Source: Bacteroidota bacterium (GTDB taxonomy: Bacteria > Bacteroidota > Bacteroidia > NS11-12g > UBA955). From it: a stretch of 64,000 nt of DNA. The notes under the pieces are model-generated. The model made no database searches. It was not told where the DNA came from and saw only the letters and a program-made list of their open reading frames with translations. Both the position numbers and the translations under genes were made by a program. Shown in pieces: positions 17,096 to 28,459 of the stretch (positions are counted from its first letter, which is position 1; every line of letters starts with the position of its first letter). The DNA lies in assembly GCA_016868785.1 (NCBI GenBank), contig VGFS01000003.1:9716-73715 (forward strand). The letters are read 5' to 3'.

Positions 17096-19201
17096 TTATT
17101 TGCGTTTGTTGTATTGGTCTACGCCCGATTTGAGGAATTCCACAAAGGGATCCACGGCGAATTTGAAATGATCAGCACCCAAGGCCGGTTGAAGCAGGTT
17201 TTCATTGGCATCCAACAAACAGTACAGGGGTTGGGTGGTTTTCCCAAAATAAGATTCTTCAATGTGCGCATTTTTGTCGCCCAGCTTGGTAATCTTTTTC
17301 CCCGCGGCGGTGGTGAACCATTGCGATTGGGGCAGGTTGATTTTTTTATCGTCGACGTACAAAGAAACAATCACATAGTCTTTCTTGAGGATGTCGAGTA
17401 CTGCTTCATCGGACCATACTTTTTCTTCCATTTTGCGACAGTTCACGCAGCCATGTCCGGTGAAGTCGATGAATAGCGGTTTTTTCAACTCCCGCGCAGC
17501 GGCAAGGGCTTCGTCGTAATCGTAGTATCCAACCAATCCGTGGGGGATGTGCAACTGATTGGCATAAGACGGGGTAGTGGTGATATTGCCTTCGCCCTGG
17601 GCGCCACCTTTGATGTTGCTGTTGAAATCTTGGGTGCTTAATGGCGGCAAGTAGCCTGCCAATCCTTTCAATGGTGCGCCCCACAATCCGGGAATCATGT
17701 AGGCCACAAAGGTGAAAGTAGCGATGACCAAGCCCAAGCGCGGCACACTCAAATACTGAATGTCGCTGTCGTGAGAAAACTTGATTTTGCCCAACAAATA
17801 CAAGCCCAACAAAGAGAATATAACAATCCAAATGCTGAGGTAAATTTCACGGTCGAGGATGCCCCAGTGGTAAGTTTGGTCGGGAATGCTCAAAAATTTG
17901 AGGGCAAAGGCCAATTCTACAAAGCCCAATACCACTTTTACGCTGTTCAACCATCCACCACTTTTGGGCAAGTTGTTGAGCCAAGAAGGGAACAGTGCCA
18001 ACAATCCAAAGGGCAAGGCGAATGCCAACGAGAATCCAAACATGCCCACAATAGGACGTAAGGTATCGCCATGCACGGCTTCAACCAGCACTGTGCCTAC
18101 AATGGGACCAGTACAAGAGAAAGAAACTAAAGCGATGGTCACGGCCATGAAAATGGCTCCCGTAATTCCTCCTTTGTCGGCCTGTTGATCGACCTTGTTC
18201 ACAATCCATGAAGGCAGGTTGATTTCAAAAGCACCAAAGAAACTCACGGCAAAAACGATAAAGATGAGGGTGAAGAAAATATTGGGAATCCAATGGGTGC
18301 TGATAAAATTTACGGCGTTGGATCCAAAGGAAACCGCGACAATCGTACCCAAAATGGTGTAAAATCCTATCAAGCTCAATGAGAATATCCCCGCATCGCG
18401 CAAGGCAATTTTGCGGTTGTTGTTTTTGATGAAAAACGAAACCGTCATGGGAATCATGGGGAACACGCAAGGTGTAAGCAGGGCTGTTAACCCGCTCAAA
18501 AAGGCCAATATGAACAGGCCCCAAAATCCACTACTTTGTCCTTCGTTGGCTTGTCCATTGAACGTTTTCAGGGGCAGCACTTTGCCTTGTTTGTAGGCTG
18601 GGGCTTCTGCGCTCACGGCAATGGGGGCCTCAGTGGGTGCAGTGGCTACTGTGTCTACCGCATCGGAAACTGTTACCGATGGCTGCGTTAAAGTTTGGTC
18701 AGCTTCCGCGGTGCCTGAAACTTCCAGTCCAGGGGTGGTGATTTTTACATCTCTGATATTGTCGCATCCGCCTTCATTGCAAATCTGTCCATTAAACAAC
18801 ATTTGTATACCGCCGGCAGGAAGGCTTTTCAAAATTTTGATTTTCTGTCTAAACTCACCTTTGCCGGTAAACTCGCCGGTGGTGCAATTGAACACATCGG
18901 TTTCTTTCACCATGTGGTCGCCCACCCCGTAAAATTTGCCCACCAATTGGTAAGATGGGTTAGGGGTGAAGTCGATACTGGCGCGGATTGGACCGTTATC
19001 GTCCCCACAATCGCTTTTTTCGCTGTAAACATGGAATCCCTTGGCTACATTGAATCGGATGATGATGTCAACGACATCGCCCGCTTTGGCTTGAGTTTTG
19101 GAAAAAGTGGCTTTGAAAACGGGTTTTGGGAAACCGAATTGCGACCAAGCAGGGGTGAAACTGATGAGGGCGAGTAAGGTGAACAGAATGCGTTTCATCA
19201 T
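17096..19201 (-). CDS. dsbD: Thiol:disulfide interchange protein DsbD (N-domain, DsbD transmembrane core, thioredoxin domain)
   Basis: [12 protein letters not shown] and FSCTGPIVG membrane Cys motifs, plus a C-terminal thioredoxin [11 protein letters not shown]. Confidence 0.9.
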   Translation of the reverse strand: MMKRILFTLLALISFTPAWSQFGFPKPVFKATFSKTQAKAGDVVDIIIRFNVAKGFHVYSEKSDCGDDNGPIRASIDFTPNPSYQLVGKFYGVGDHMVKETDVFNCTTGEFTGKGEFRQKIKILKSLPAGGIQMLFNGQICNEGGCDNIRDVKITTPGLEVSGTAEADQTLTQPSVTVSDAVDTVATAPTEAPIAVSAEAPAYKQGKVLPLKTFNGQANEGQSSGFWGLFILAFLSGLTALLTPCVFPMIPMTVSFFIKNNNRKIALRDAGIFSLSLIGFYTILGTIVAVSFGSNAVNFISTHWIPNIFFTLIFIVFAVSFFGAFEINLPSWIVNKVDQQADKGGITGAIFMAVTIALVSFSCTGPIVGTVLVEAVHGDTLRPIVGMFGFSLAFALPFGLLALFPSWLNNLPKSGGWLNSVKVVLGFVELAFALKFLSIPDQTYHWGILDREIYLSIWIVIFSLLGLYLLGKIKFSHDSDIQYLSVPRLGLVIATFTFVAYMIPGLWGAPLKGLAGYLPPLSTQDFNSNIKGGAQGEGNITTTPSYANQLHIPHGLVGYYDYDEALAAARELKKPLFIDFTGHGCVNCRKMEEKVWSDEAVLDILKKDYVIVSLYVDDKKINLPQSQWFTTAAGKKITKLGDKNAHIEESYFGKTTQPLYCLLDANENLLQPALGADHFKFAVDPFVEFLKSGVDQYNKRK

Positions 19202-19294
19202 GATATGTACAAAAATCGGGATTTATTGGCGAATTATCGCATGGTATTGCACATTCATTGGATAAAATGGTTGGGGCGATTGACAATAGAAAAG

Positions 19295-19302
19295 TAGGTT
19301 TG
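19295..19302 (+). promoter_or_regulatory. -7 box TAGGTTTG, 5 nt upstream of ATG 19308
   Basis: Exact TAnnTTTG match in intergenic DNA. Confidence 0.5.
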
Positions 19303-19307
19303 CATCA

Positions 19308-20873
19308 ATGAAGATTCCTTTTAAACGGCTCTTTGATCTGCGATTGGGGATGTTGCTGTGGGGTATGTTGACCTGTGGTTGGCTATCGGCGCAGCTCATG
19401 AGTACCCGACAGTATATCGATTCATTCAAGTTTGTGGCGATGCAGGAAATGCGTGCGCATGGGGTTCCAGCCAGTATTACCTTGGGTCAGGGCGTTTTGG
19501 AAAGTGCCAGCGGCAACAGCAAGTTGGCCAAAAATTGCAACAATCACTTTGGGATCAAGTGTAGGTCCAACTGGACGGGCAAGTTTTGTTTGGCCGATGA
19601 CGATGCCAAAGACGAGTGTTTTCGTGGGTATGAGACGGCGTTTGATAGTTATCGCGACCATTCCCTGTTCTTGAAGGGGGCTAGGCGATATTATTTGTTG
19701 TTTGAGTTGAGTGCAACTGACTACAAAGGATGGGCTCATGGATTGCGCGAAGCGGGTTACGCCACCAATCCCAACTATGGCAACATTCTCATCGGCGTGA
19801 TCGAAAAATATCGATTGAGTCAGTACGATTCGATGGTGGTATTGGGAGAGGATTTTTATGTTCCGGGCACAAATACTTCGACCTCACCTTTGGAGGTCAA
19901 CGGCATTCAGGCTATCGTAGCGAAACCCGGCGAAACCCCTGAGCAAGTGGCTGCTCGGTATAACATGTCGACCTGGCAAATCTATAAATACAACGACATT
20001 TCAAAGGGGGATATGCTCAGTCCCGGCGAAATAATCTACCTAAAACCCAAGCACCGCAGGGCCGTTGAAAATAATCACACCGTAAAAAATGGTGAAACGA
20101 TGCGGGATATTTCCCAAAAATATGGGGTGAAAGTGAAGCACCTTTACAAATTGAATCGCCTAGAGCCCGGCTTGGAGGTCCGCCCTGGCGAAATCGTGAA
20201 CCTCAAGGAGAAGCGCGAAACACCACCGGCGATTTTGGAGCGCAACGACAACCCAAACCAAGTAAACGCGGTAGATTTGATATTGAATCAGCGCACCATC
20301 AACAAAGAAAATCAACCCAAGGGAACGGTGTATGAGGTTCAAGCGGGAGAGACCTTGCAAGACATCGCCCAGCGCATGAATGTGACGGCTTTGGATTTGG
20401 CAAGGTGGAACAATTTGGATGGATATACTGTGGCGGCCGGACAAATTCTGGTGCTGAGACCAAACGTGAAAATGAGTGAAGAAACCCAGATAGACTACCG
20501 CAATTTCATGAGCAACACAGGATCTAGCAACAGTCCGCGAACCCACATCGTCATCCGCGGTGAAACCTTATTTTCCATCGCGCGTTTGTACCGGTTGCCG
20601 GTGGATTCTTTGGTGGCATGGAATCAGTTGGATGGAAAACCCCTGATGGTAGACCGAAAATTATATCTACAGCGCGTTTCTGCTGCGACGGCTTCGCCTT
20701 CAAAATCTGGCGCGAACGGACAAGTATTCGATGCCTATCATTTCGTTCAACCCGGCGAAACCTTGTACTCCATTTCGCGGAAATATGGTGTTTCTGTGGA
20801 CGAAGTAAAGGCTTGGAATCGATTAGAAACCAATCAAATTGAGGTAGGACAGCGATTGCGCGTTAGGCCGTAA
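19308..20873 (+). CDS. Peptidoglycan hydrolase: N-acetylglucosaminidase (FlgJ-like) domain plus multiple LysM domains
   Basis: GVPASITLGQGVLESASGNSKLAKNCNNHFGIKC glucosaminidase signature. Several repeats of the type H.V..GET...I...Y. Confidence 0.85.
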   Translation: MKIPFKRLFDLRLGMLLWGMLTCGWLSAQLMSTRQYIDSFKFVAMQEMRAHGVPASITLGQGVLESASGNSKLAKNCNNHFGIKCRSNWTGKFCLADDDAKDECFRGYETAFDSYRDHSLFLKGARRYYLLFELSATDYKGWAHGLREAGYATNPNYGNILIGVIEKYRLSQYDSMVVLGEDFYVPGTNTSTSPLEVNGIQAIVAKPGETPEQVAARYNMSTWQIYKYNDISKGDMLSPGEIIYLKPKHRRAVENNHTVKNGETMRDISQKYGVKVKHLYKLNRLEPGLEVRPGEIVNLKEKRETPPAILERNDNPNQVNAVDLILNQRTINKENQPKGTVYEVQAGETLQDIAQRMNVTALDLARWNNLDGYTVAAGQILVLRPNVKMSEETQIDYRNFMSNTGSSNSPRTHIVIRGETLFSIARLYRLPVDSLVAWNQLDGKPLMVDRKLYLQRVSAATASPSKSGANGQVFDAYHFVQPGETLYSISRKYGVSVDEVKAWNRLETNQIEVGQRLRVRP

Positions 20874-22131
20874 TCAAGTAGTGGGTAGAATTACCCATGT
20901 TTTGCTGCAACACAATGTTGTGATTGCCCACATCTGTGAGTCTGTCAAAACTGCCCTGAGGGTGGTAGATGCTCAGCAATTCCAGTCCGGCATGCAGCGT
21001 TACGTCCAATCCAAGCATTTGCAGCGCGTCCATCAACGGCTGATGTCGGTTTTCTTTGTTATCGATCACGCAGCGAAAATAGATGGCAGAATTTTGCATC
21101 AGATTGCAGCGTACTTTGTTCTCAGACAGCGATTGAAAGATTTGTTTGAGGTGGTCTTCGGCGATGAAGGTAAAATCGCGTGTGCGAATTTCAAGCAGCA
21201 GCTGTTGGGCTTTGTGGATTTTACAGGGAACGGAAATGACACTGCTACCTGCACTCACTTTTGTGCCGGCCGCCTCGGGATTGATGAACGATCGCACATA
21301 CAGCGGGATGCCATTGGCCTGCAGCGGTTGAATGGTTTTGGGGTGAATGACCGAGGCGCCGTAATATGCCAATTCAATGGCATCGTTGTAGGTGAGTTCT
21401 GAAATCAGCGTGGCATTCTCGAATTTGTTGGGGTCGGCATTCATCACCCCGGCCACGTCTTTCCAAATGGTGATGGATTCAGCACCCATCAAACTGCCAA
21501 AAATTGCGGCGCTGTAATCGGAGCCCTCACGGCTCAGGGTTGTGGTTTCTCCTGAAAATCCCCGTCCGATAAAACCTTGGGTAATGACCAGGTTTTTCTT
21601 GGCAATGGGCAACAAGCGATTTTTAATCACCTTTTCAGTTTCTGGCCATTGAACCCGCGCATCGCGATGGCGACTATCAGTTTGGATGAAGTTTCTGGCA
21701 TCGATCCATTGGTTCGAGATTCTTTGCGATAGGAGGTAGTTGCTGACAATTTTGGTGGCCATCAATTCGCCATAGCCGACGATTTGGTCGTACAGAAAGT
21801 CATAATCTTCCTGCAAATTGGGGTTGTCTACAAAACATTCGAGCTCCAAATAAAGATTTCTGATATCGCTTATACCCACCAAATCGTCTTCGCCAAACAA
21901 GTCTTTGAGGATGCCATCATGGTATTCAAACACGGTTTGAAGGGCCTTGTTAGCCTCACCTGTATTGTGGTAACAGTGATGAATAACCTGCTCTAACGCA
22001 TTGGTTGTCTTTCCCATAGCGCTCACAACGACCAATAGATTGCTGTTGCTGTGGCTTTGGATGATTTGTGCCACATTTTTTACGCCTTGGGCATTTTTTA
22101 CGGATGCGCCGCCGAACTTGAAGATTTTCAT
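20863..22131 (-). CDS. lysC: Aspartate kinase
   Basis: MKIFKFGGASVKN N-terminus, SREGSDYSAAIFG, and C-terminal ACT-like region. Confidence 0.9.
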   Translation of the reverse strand: MKIFKFGGASVKNAQGVKNVAQIIQSHSNSNLLVVVSAMGKTTNALEQVIHHCYHNTGEANKALQTVFEYHDGILKDLFGEDDLVGISDIRNLYLELECFVDNPNLQEDYDFLYDQIVGYGELMATKIVSNYLLSQRISNQWIDARNFIQTDSRHRDARVQWPETEKVIKNRLLPIAKKNLVITQGFIGRGFSGETTTLSREGSDYSAAIFGSLMGAESITIWKDVAGVMNADPNKFENATLISELTYNDAIELAYYGASVIHPKTIQPLQANGIPLYVRSFINPEAAGTKVSAGSSVISVPCKIHKAQQLLLEIRTRDFTFIAEDHLKQIFQSLSENKVRCNLMQNSAIYFRCVIDNKENRHQPLMDALQMLGLDVTLHAGLELLSIYHPQGSFDRLTDVGNHNIVLQQNMGNSTHYLITA

Positions 22132-22209
22132 TGCAGAGAGAGATTGTCGGTTAATTCAGGTTTTTGTTGTTGTTTTGCAAAATAAATACCAATTGTCCTC
22201 ATTCTTGAT

Positions 22210-23232
22210 ATGTCATATTCTAAAGTTATCACCCTCGAACAGTACATTGTAGACCAGCAGGCTCTTTATAAGGATGCCCAGGGTTCTTTGAGTAAGATTT
22301 TTCGCTCTTTGGAATTGGCAGCGAAGATGGTGAACCGCGATGTGCGCAAGGCAGGATTGATCAATATTTTGGGGAATCAGGGCTCCACCAACATTCAGGG
22401 TGAGGAGCAAAAGAAGTTAGATGTGATTGCCAACGACATTTTCATTGCCGCATTGAGTCGCAGTGGAGAAGTTTGCATGATCATTTCAGAGGAGAACGAC
22501 GATGTATACTACATTGAGGGCGCTGAAAATGAGAAGTATATCGTGGCGATGGACCCCCTAGACGGCAGTTCAAACATCGATGTAAATGCGAGCATCGGTA
22601 CCATTTTTAGCGTTTACAGCCGCAAAAATCCCATGGCGAAACCCACTATCGACGATTGTCTTCAAAAGGGCAAGCACCAAGTGGCAGCAGGCTATTTTAT
22701 CTATGGTTCGAGCACGATGTTGGTATATTCCACGGGCGTGGGGGTGAATGGGTTTACCCTCGATGACAGCATTCAGGAATTTTGCTTGAGTCATCCCAAC
22801 ATTCAAACCCCTGCTGATGGTAAGATTTTTAGTGTGAACGAGGGCTATCTGAGGGATTTCCCCCAGGGAGTTCAAGAATATGTTTCTTTTTGTAAAGCCA
22901 AAGATAAAGCTACCAACCGACCTTATTCGGCCCGATACATTGGTTCGTTGATCGCCGATTTTCACCGCAATTTGCTGAAAGGGGGTATTTTCATTTACCC
23001 ATCCACAGAGAAGTCGCCCAATGGTAAGCTGCGTTTGATGTACGAGTGCAACACCATGGCGTTTTTGGCAGAGCAGGCGGGCGGTGCGGCTAGCACTGGT
23101 TCTGAGCGCGTTTTGGACGTGAAGCCCACCGAGTTGCACCAACGTGTACCCATGTTTGTGGGTTCAAAAAACATGGTTGATTTGGCCGTAGCGATGCTCA
23201 ACGAAGAGGTGGCTACTGCGGTTCTTGCATAA
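22210..23232 (+). CDS. fbp: Class 1 fructose-1,6-bisphosphatase
   Basis: [31 protein letters not shown] and [13 protein letters not shown] motifs. Confidence 0.95.
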   Translation: MSYSKVITLEQYIVDQQALYKDAQGSLSKIFRSLELAAKMVNRDVRKAGLINILGNQGSTNIQGEEQKKLDVIANDIFIAALSRSGEVCMIISEENDDVYYIEGAENEKYIVAMDPLDGSSNIDVNASIGTIFSVYSRKNPMAKPTIDDCLQKGKHQVAAGYFIYGSSTMLVYSTGVGVNGFTLDDSIQEFCLSHPNIQTPADGKIFSVNEGYLRDFPQGVQEYVSFCKAKDKATNRPYSARYIGSLIADFHRNLLKGGIFIYPSTEKSPNGKLRLMYECNTMAFLAEQAGGAASTGSERVLDVKPTELHQRVPMFVGSKNMVDLAVAMLNEEVATAVLA

Positions 23233-23920
23233 TTAACTGCAAGATTTCCAACGACTGAATGTTTTTTCCGGGAATGATGTGCAATTCGATGTAATCGACC
23301 AGTTTGCTTACCAGGAGCCTGCGGATTTTGGCTGGCGCGGTTTTTATTTCTCCTGATAGTATTTGCGCCAAGCATTCGCAGTGGTCTGCGTCTATGGTAT
23401 TGGAGGGTATGCTGCGCGATGTGGCAGTGCTTCCCGAGACAATATCTAGTCCTAGCGAGATGCTTTCGGCGTCTAATTGCAATCCATGACCGGTTACTTC
23501 ACAAAATTCATACAGATACTGAATGGGTAAAATGGGCAGGTCTTTGCACCCGTCGTTCAGTTTTTGAAATGTTGTTTTGGAAAGATCGAACAGACTTTCT
23601 TCGGGTTGTTCTTCGTGGAGTACGTGGCTCAGCAATTCCAAGAAAAACCAACGCACTTGATCGTGAATGGGATAGTGGCTGTATCCCCAACCGGAGACCA
23701 ATGATACTTCTTTGGCGCGCATCATGCCCTTGTTTTGTTTGTGAAAAACTATTTCTACCAGTGTGCCCGGTTGGAATAACGAATTTTTGTTTTGCTTGCC
23801 GTGCAATCCTTGAATGAGGAAGGGGAGTAACCCAAATTCTCGGGTAAACAACTTCACCACCGCTGAATGGTCGGTGTATGGGGTTCGCTTAACGACGATG
23901 GCTTCGGTTTTGACGAGCAT
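23213..23920 (-). CDS. recO: DNA repair protein RecO
   Basis: N-terminal OB fold ([31 protein letters not shown]). The ATG shares one nt with the upstream stop (TGATG). Confidence 0.85.
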   Translation of the reverse strand: MLVKTEAIVVKRTPYTDHSAVVKLFTREFGLLPFLIQGLHGKQNKNSLFQPGTLVEIVFHKQNKGMMRAKEVSLVSGWGYSHYPIHDQVRWFFLELLSHVLHEEQPEESLFDLSKTTFQKLNDGCKDLPILPIQYLYEFCEVTGHGLQLDAESISLGLDIVSGSTATSRSIPSNTIDADHCECLAQILSGEIKTAPAKIRRLLVSKLVDYIELHIIPGKNIQSLEILQLIMQEPQ

Positions 23921-25005
23921 CAGTCTACCCAGTCGGCCAAGAATAAGTTGGTGTCTCTGGTGCCGTGGTTGTTGCGATTAGAGCTGAAAATCAGTTGTTT
24001 TCCACCAGGGGAGAACATCGGAAAGGCATTGAACATGCTTTCGTTGGTGATGCGTTCAAGGCTGGTACCATCCTCATTGATCATGTACAGCTGAAAATCA
24101 TAACCACGCTTGCTGTGGTGGTTGCTTGAGAAGATGATTTTCTTTCCGCCGGGATGATAAAAGGGTGCCCAGTTGGCTTTGCCCAATTGAGTTACTTGCT
24201 TCAAATCACTGCCATCTACGTTGCAGGTGTATATTTCCATGTTGGTGGGTTCAACCAAACCGCGACTCAACAAATCTTTATATTTGGTGATTTCCTCTTC
24301 CGTTTGGGGGCGGCTGGCTCGGAAAACTAATTTCTTGGAGTCTGGCGAGAAAAACGCACCGCCATCATATCCCAGGCCCGTGGTTACCTGTCGTTGGGTG
24401 CTACCGTCGATGTCCATGACCCACAATTCCAAATCACCGCTGCGTGTGCTGGTGAAGACAATAGATTTCCCGTCGGGAGAAACGGTTCCTTCTGCATCAT
24501 AGCCCGGGGTATTGGTGAGTTTCTGGGTGATGTTCCCTTTAAGGTCGGCCACATAGATGTCAAAATCTGGGTATATGGCCCAAACATATTTGCCGTTGGA
24601 TTCGGGGTTTGGCGGACAAGCGCTGTCGCCTTCATGCGTGCTGGCATACAAAATGTGTTTGTTGTCGGGCATGAAATAGGAGCAGGTTGTACGACCCAAG
24701 CCGGTGCTCACCATGGCAGATTTGCGAGCGGTGTCTTTCCCCATCTTTTTCACGGGTGAGGTAAAGATTTGATCGCACTCAACACCCCATTGTTTGTAGT
24801 TGCTTTGGAAGGTGATGGCTTTGCTATCGAAACTCCAATAGGCCTCAGCATTATCGCCCCCGAAGGTGAGCTGTCGCAAATTTTTCAAATGTGCTTCAGC
24901 CACCTTCGGGGCAGGGGTGGTGGCTGTGTGGTTGTGATTTTCGTGTTGTGCCAATACAGCAGGTGCAGCGGCGGCCAAGGTGATGGACAGAATGATATGT
25001 TTCAC
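23920..25005 (-). CDS. Periplasmic TolB-like PD40/WD40 beta-propeller protein
   Basis: Signal peptide, then QHENHNHT. Repeated ..SPDGK.IVF.S.R.G...L pattern (VSPDGKSIVFTSTRSGDLELW, FSPDSKKLVFRASR, FSPGGKQLIFSSNR). GTG start in a GTGA overlap with the upstream small ORF. Confidence 0.8.
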   Translation of the reverse strand: MKHIILSITLAAAAPAVLAQHENHNHTATTPAPKVAEAHLKNLRQLTFGGDNAEAYWSFDSKAITFQSNYKQWGVECDQIFTSPVKKMGKDTARKSAMVSTGLGRTTCSYFMPDNKHILYASTHEGDSACPPNPESNGKYVWAIYPDFDIYVADLKGNITQKLTNTPGYDAEGTVSPDGKSIVFTSTRSGDLELWVMDIDGSTQRQVTTGLGYDGGAFFSPDSKKLVFRASRPQTEEEITKYKDLLSRGLVEPTNMEIYTCNVDGSDLKQVTQLGKANWAPFYHPGGKKIIFSSNHHSKRGYDFQLYMINEDGTSLERITNESMFNAFPMFSPGGKQLIFSSNRNNHGTRDTNLFLADWVD

Positions 25006-25238
25006 TGTAAATTGGGTTCTATGTCTATTGGCGGGACGTACGCTTTGCCCCTTCCTTTAATTTGATTTAACAAGGTTCGGACTCGAGATTTTCTGATGGC
25101 CAATTTGTCGGCGGAGTGGCCTTCGTTGGAGGTCATTCGGGTCATGCGTTTTTGCAATTGGTGTAACTTGTGGAACCATTTGCCTTTGTCGTTTTTCTTG
25201 TTGCTCATGATGGAGATTTTTTGGGTTAGACATCGCAT
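25002..25238 (-). CDS. Small basic hypothetical protein (78 aa, or 68 aa from ATG 25208)
   Basis: The stop overlaps the GTG of the next gene (GTGA), suggesting translational coupling. Lys/Arg-rich (MSNKKNDKGKWFHKLHQLQKRMTRM...). I recognise no family. Confidence 0.5.
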   Translation of the reverse strand: MRCLTQKISIMSNKKNDKGKWFHKLHQLQKRMTRMTSNEGHSADKLAIRKSRVRTLLNQIKGRGKAYVPPIDIEPNLQ

Positions 25239-25328
25239 CGGAATACCGATTTGTTGACTGCAAATTATCCAAAAAATCGAGAAATAAAAATGACATTACA
25301 CCAATTCAACAAAAAAACCCAGGAAAGG

Positions 25329-26354
25329 TTATTGCAAAATTTCCCAAGCCATTTTGGGGTAGCCTTTCTTGCCTTGGTCATCATAGAAATCCACAAATTT
25401 TACTTTGATGTAAGCATCGCTCGTTTTTAGCAGATATACGCGGCCCGGGACCATGGTATATCGCTCAGCAGCTTGATCGTATTGTTTCCAATCATAGCCA
25501 ATTTCATCTTGTTTTCGCGTGTAGATAGCCCCCATGGCATAAGATTTATTAATGGCATTAAAGTCTGCCTTGTGGAGTTCGGCCACTTCCACTTTTTTCG
25601 TGTTGATGAGCACGCCCCGAATCACGTAAGGGTATTGAACGCCATTGGCATCGGGCACGCTTTCTTTGTAGGTGGTGAAAAGTATGTCCCACCGATCATT
25701 GTTCATGGGCTCATTCTCCACGATGCGGTGCTCAAGGAACTGGTAATACATAAAATTCTTGGCGGGATCTATCGGCATGAGTTGTTTCTGATAGTTGCCT
25801 TTTTGATTCACATTACCGTATTCGAACTCGTATGTTTGTCCGGGCTTGCATCCGTTGAATTTGAGTTGCACATAGCGGGTGCTGTCTTTGATTTTATCGC
25901 CCAGGTCTATCACATAGGTGTAATTGCCAATCTCCCACTGTCCCCCTTTTTTTGAGAAAGCCATCGGAAAGGCAGAGGAGTCCGCATCACCATTGGGATT
26001 GTCGAAGTACCAGGTTGCTTTTTTCAGGCTATCGGTTGTGATTTTTCCGAAGCTGTTTCCAGAGAACTTGGCCACCCCGAAGCTGGCGCTGATACCGCCG
26101 TTGATGCAAACGCGGGGCTGATTGGGGTCGCAAGAAAAGCCCATGTGCCAGAGGCCAAACGCATTGGTTTCTGTTTTTTGTGTGGCGAAATCAAACCACA
26201 GTTGATTGGCATAAGTTTCCCCCATCGCAAAAATCTGCGATTGCACCCCCACGGAAGTTTTGGGTAGTGGATACAGGGGTTCCGGTTTTTCACAAGCGGT
26301 AAAAAAGGCGGCTGCAAGCAAGGCTACAAGTACGATGTTTTTACGGCGTATCAT
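25329..26354 (-). CDS. HmuY-like lipoprotein
   Basis: Lipoprotein signal MIRRKNIVLVALLAAAFFTAC and a WDILFTTY motif of the HmuY type. ATGA overlap with the upstream TonB-dependent receptor. Confidence 0.7.
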   Translation of the reverse strand: MIRRKNIVLVALLAAAFFTACEKPEPLYPLPKTSVGVQSQIFAMGETYANQLWFDFATQKTETNAFGLWHMGFSCDPNQPRVCINGGISASFGVAKFSGNSFGKITTDSLKKATWYFDNPNGDADSSAFPMAFSKKGGQWEIGNYTYVIDLGDKIKDSTRYVQLKFNGCKPGQTYEFEYGNVNQKGNYQKQLMPIDPAKNFMYYQFLEHRIVENEPMNNDRWDILFTTYKESVPDANGVQYPYVIRGVLINTKKVEVAELHKADFNAINKSYAMGAIYTRKQDEIGYDWKQYDQAAERYTMVPGRVYLLKTSDAYIKVKFVDFYDDQGKKGYPKMAWEILQ

Positions 26355-28453
26355 GGAAATTGGAAACTAATGGACAAAAATAAGGCCCTTCCGGGTGAAA
26401 TGTTAAGCATCCCATTGCCTCCGTGGATTCCGCCGCCGGCCTGACCTTGAAGCTGGGTCACATTGAACACATTTTTACACCCCGCTTGTAACAACAGGGG
26501 GTATTTTGAGTTTTTGGAGATCGTGGTATTGACGTTGAAATCAACGAGGGTATAAGGTGAGATTTTATAGGTGCTGCCGTTGGCCAAAAAGCCGCGGGTG
26601 GTGCCGCTGTATCGACAGAAAATCTGCGCACTGCTTTGGGATTTGGTGTGATTGAGTTTCAGGTTGAACTTGCCTTGCAGGGTGTTGAAACCTTGCCAAT
26701 CGTTGGTGTCCGACAGTTGACTGCGCGTGTTAATCCAGTCGGCGCCCAAGGTTGCAAATGTGATCCACTTGGCATAAAAGCGATGCACATGGCTGATGTC
26801 TATGTCGAGATTTACGCCCTTGCTCTGAATCTTTCCGATGTTGATATATTGATAAAGTTGGGTGTTCTGATCGAGCATTGCGAGTTGAATTTGCTGAGAT
26901 ACCCGGTTGTAAAATGCCCGTGTATTCAACTCAAAAGTCAATGCCCTTCGGTTGCTGTTTGGATGGGTATGCCCTTGCAAGTATGGGTTGGCTCGATTTA
27001 CAGAATGGCGATATTTATAAGAGGCCATGAAATTGTGGGCCACCTCTGCTTTTAGTTGTTCGTTGCCGCGCACGTTGTGGTTGATATCCACAAACAAGAA
27101 ATACAACTCTTTTAAGCTGGGAGCGCGATACCCTTTGGCGTATGACATACGCCACATGGAGTTGCCAATTTTGTAGCGGGTTTGCAAGGCCGGAATGATG
27201 GGGGTGAATCGCAGATTTTGTGTTGATGTTAGAATGGGCTCACCAAATCGGGAGTTGAAATTTCCCCTCAAACTGGGCTGGATCAGCCACTGATTGTTGG
27301 GTTTACATTTTCCTTGAACGAACAATCCAATGTCTGTCATGCTTTTGGGTTCACGGATCTTTCCAGTCGATAGGAGTTCGTGGTTTGCGTCGTAGCCCAA
27401 CATGAGCGAATTGCGTTGAATTAGCTTTTTTTCGATTTCAAAAAAGCCACGTGCATTGAAAAGGTGGTTTCGGGTAGTATCGCGCTCGCCAATAAATGAA
27501 GGCGTCTCATTGCCGGTAACCAAATTTCTTTTGATGATGGTGTTGTGCCGATGGTAGCCGTTCCAACTGTTGTTGAATTTGGCGTTGATGGTTTTGTTGC
27601 CAACACTGAATTTGCCGTTGCTCTGCACCGCGACATCGCTGCGCTGGGTGAAAAAACGATTGTTGTAGCCGGTTACTGTGATGAGGTTGTATTCCGCATT
27701 GCTGCGGTCCAGCATGTTTTCGTAAAAGTGGTTGGCGCGGATATCGTGCCGGAAATTATTGCCGCTCAAACGGTATCCAACTCCCCCAAAATATTTGGTT
27801 TTGGGTTTCCAATCGTAGCCGCGGGTGAGGGTATCGAAATCCATGCCCCCGAAGAAATGTCGACCTGCAAACAATTGCACCGTGGAACGCTGCTGATTCA
27901 CCGGAATAGAGACATCCACATCGAGGTTGGTATTGCTTCTGCCATCGAGGTAAAAGCGCGCCGCGGATTCGGTGCGAACCGTTTGGGGTTGTTTGGTGAT
28001 GATGTTGATGATGCCACCCATGGCGTCGGAACCGAACAACACGCTCATTGGTCCTTCAATGATCTCAATTTGTTCGATTTGATTCGTGGGGATTTGAGAA
28101 ATGTCGATATTTCCATTCAGGCGCCCGGCTAAGGGCGCTCCATTGATCATGATTTTGACCGACTGTCCGCTTAGGCCTTGCAGGGAAATACCCGTTCCTA
28201 GTTGGGCATCCTGATTCAATAAAATGCCGCTTTGGTTCTGAAGAACCTCCGCGGCATTTTGGGCACCCATCTCTTTGATGGTTTGGGCGCCAATGATTTT
28301 TACTTGCTCCGTGGCACCGCTGGCGGCAATGCCTTTGATGGAACAGGATACACTCGCAGGGTCTAACACCTGCAAATCGTGCAGGGTGTCTTTGCTTTGG
28401 GAAAAAAGCACTGCGGGAGCAATCCCGATCAACCAAAGAAGCGCGTTCCGCAT
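26351..28453 (-). CDS. TonB-dependent outer-membrane receptor
   Basis: Signal peptide, plug domain (IEIIEGPMSVLFGSDAMGGIINIITK), long beta-barrel, and a terminal ...LSISFQFP. Confidence 0.9.
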   Translation of the reverse strand: MRNALLWLIGIAPAVLFSQSKDTLHDLQVLDPASVSCSIKGIAASGATEQVKIIGAQTIKEMGAQNAAEVLQNQSGILLNQDAQLGTGISLQGLSGQSVKIMINGAPLAGRLNGNIDISQIPTNQIEQIEIIEGPMSVLFGSDAMGGIINIITKQPQTVRTESAARFYLDGRSNTNLDVDVSIPVNQQRSTVQLFAGRHFFGGMDFDTLTRGYDWKPKTKYFGGVGYRLSGNNFRHDIRANHFYENMLDRSNAEYNLITVTGYNNRFFTQRSDVAVQSNGKFSVGNKTINAKFNNSWNGYHRHNTIIKRNLVTGNETPSFIGERDTTRNHLFNARGFFEIEKKLIQRNSLMLGYDANHELLSTGKIREPKSMTDIGLFVQGKCKPNNQWLIQPSLRGNFNSRFGEPILTSTQNLRFTPIIPALQTRYKIGNSMWRMSYAKGYRAPSLKELYFLFVDINHNVRGNEQLKAEVAHNFMASYKYRHSVNRANPYLQGHTHPNSNRRALTFELNTRAFYNRVSQQIQLAMLDQNTQLYQYINIGKIQSKGVNLDIDISHVHRFYAKWITFATLGADWINTRSQLSDTNDWQGFNTLQGKFNLKLNHTKSQSSAQIFCRYSGTTRGFLANGSTYKISPYTLVDFNVNTTISKNSKYPLLLQAGCKNVFNVTQLQGQAGGGIHGGNGMLNISPGRALFLSISFQFP

Positions 28454-28459
28454 GCGGAA

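Noticed and set aside
27136-27154. Perfect 9+1+9 palindrome TGGCGTATG-A-CATACGCCA inside the TonB-dependent receptor gene.
   Set aside because: It lies within coding sequence. The chance expectation for arms of this length in 64 kb is of order 0.2-1 depending on the loop sizes allowed. Its position does not suggest any associated feature.
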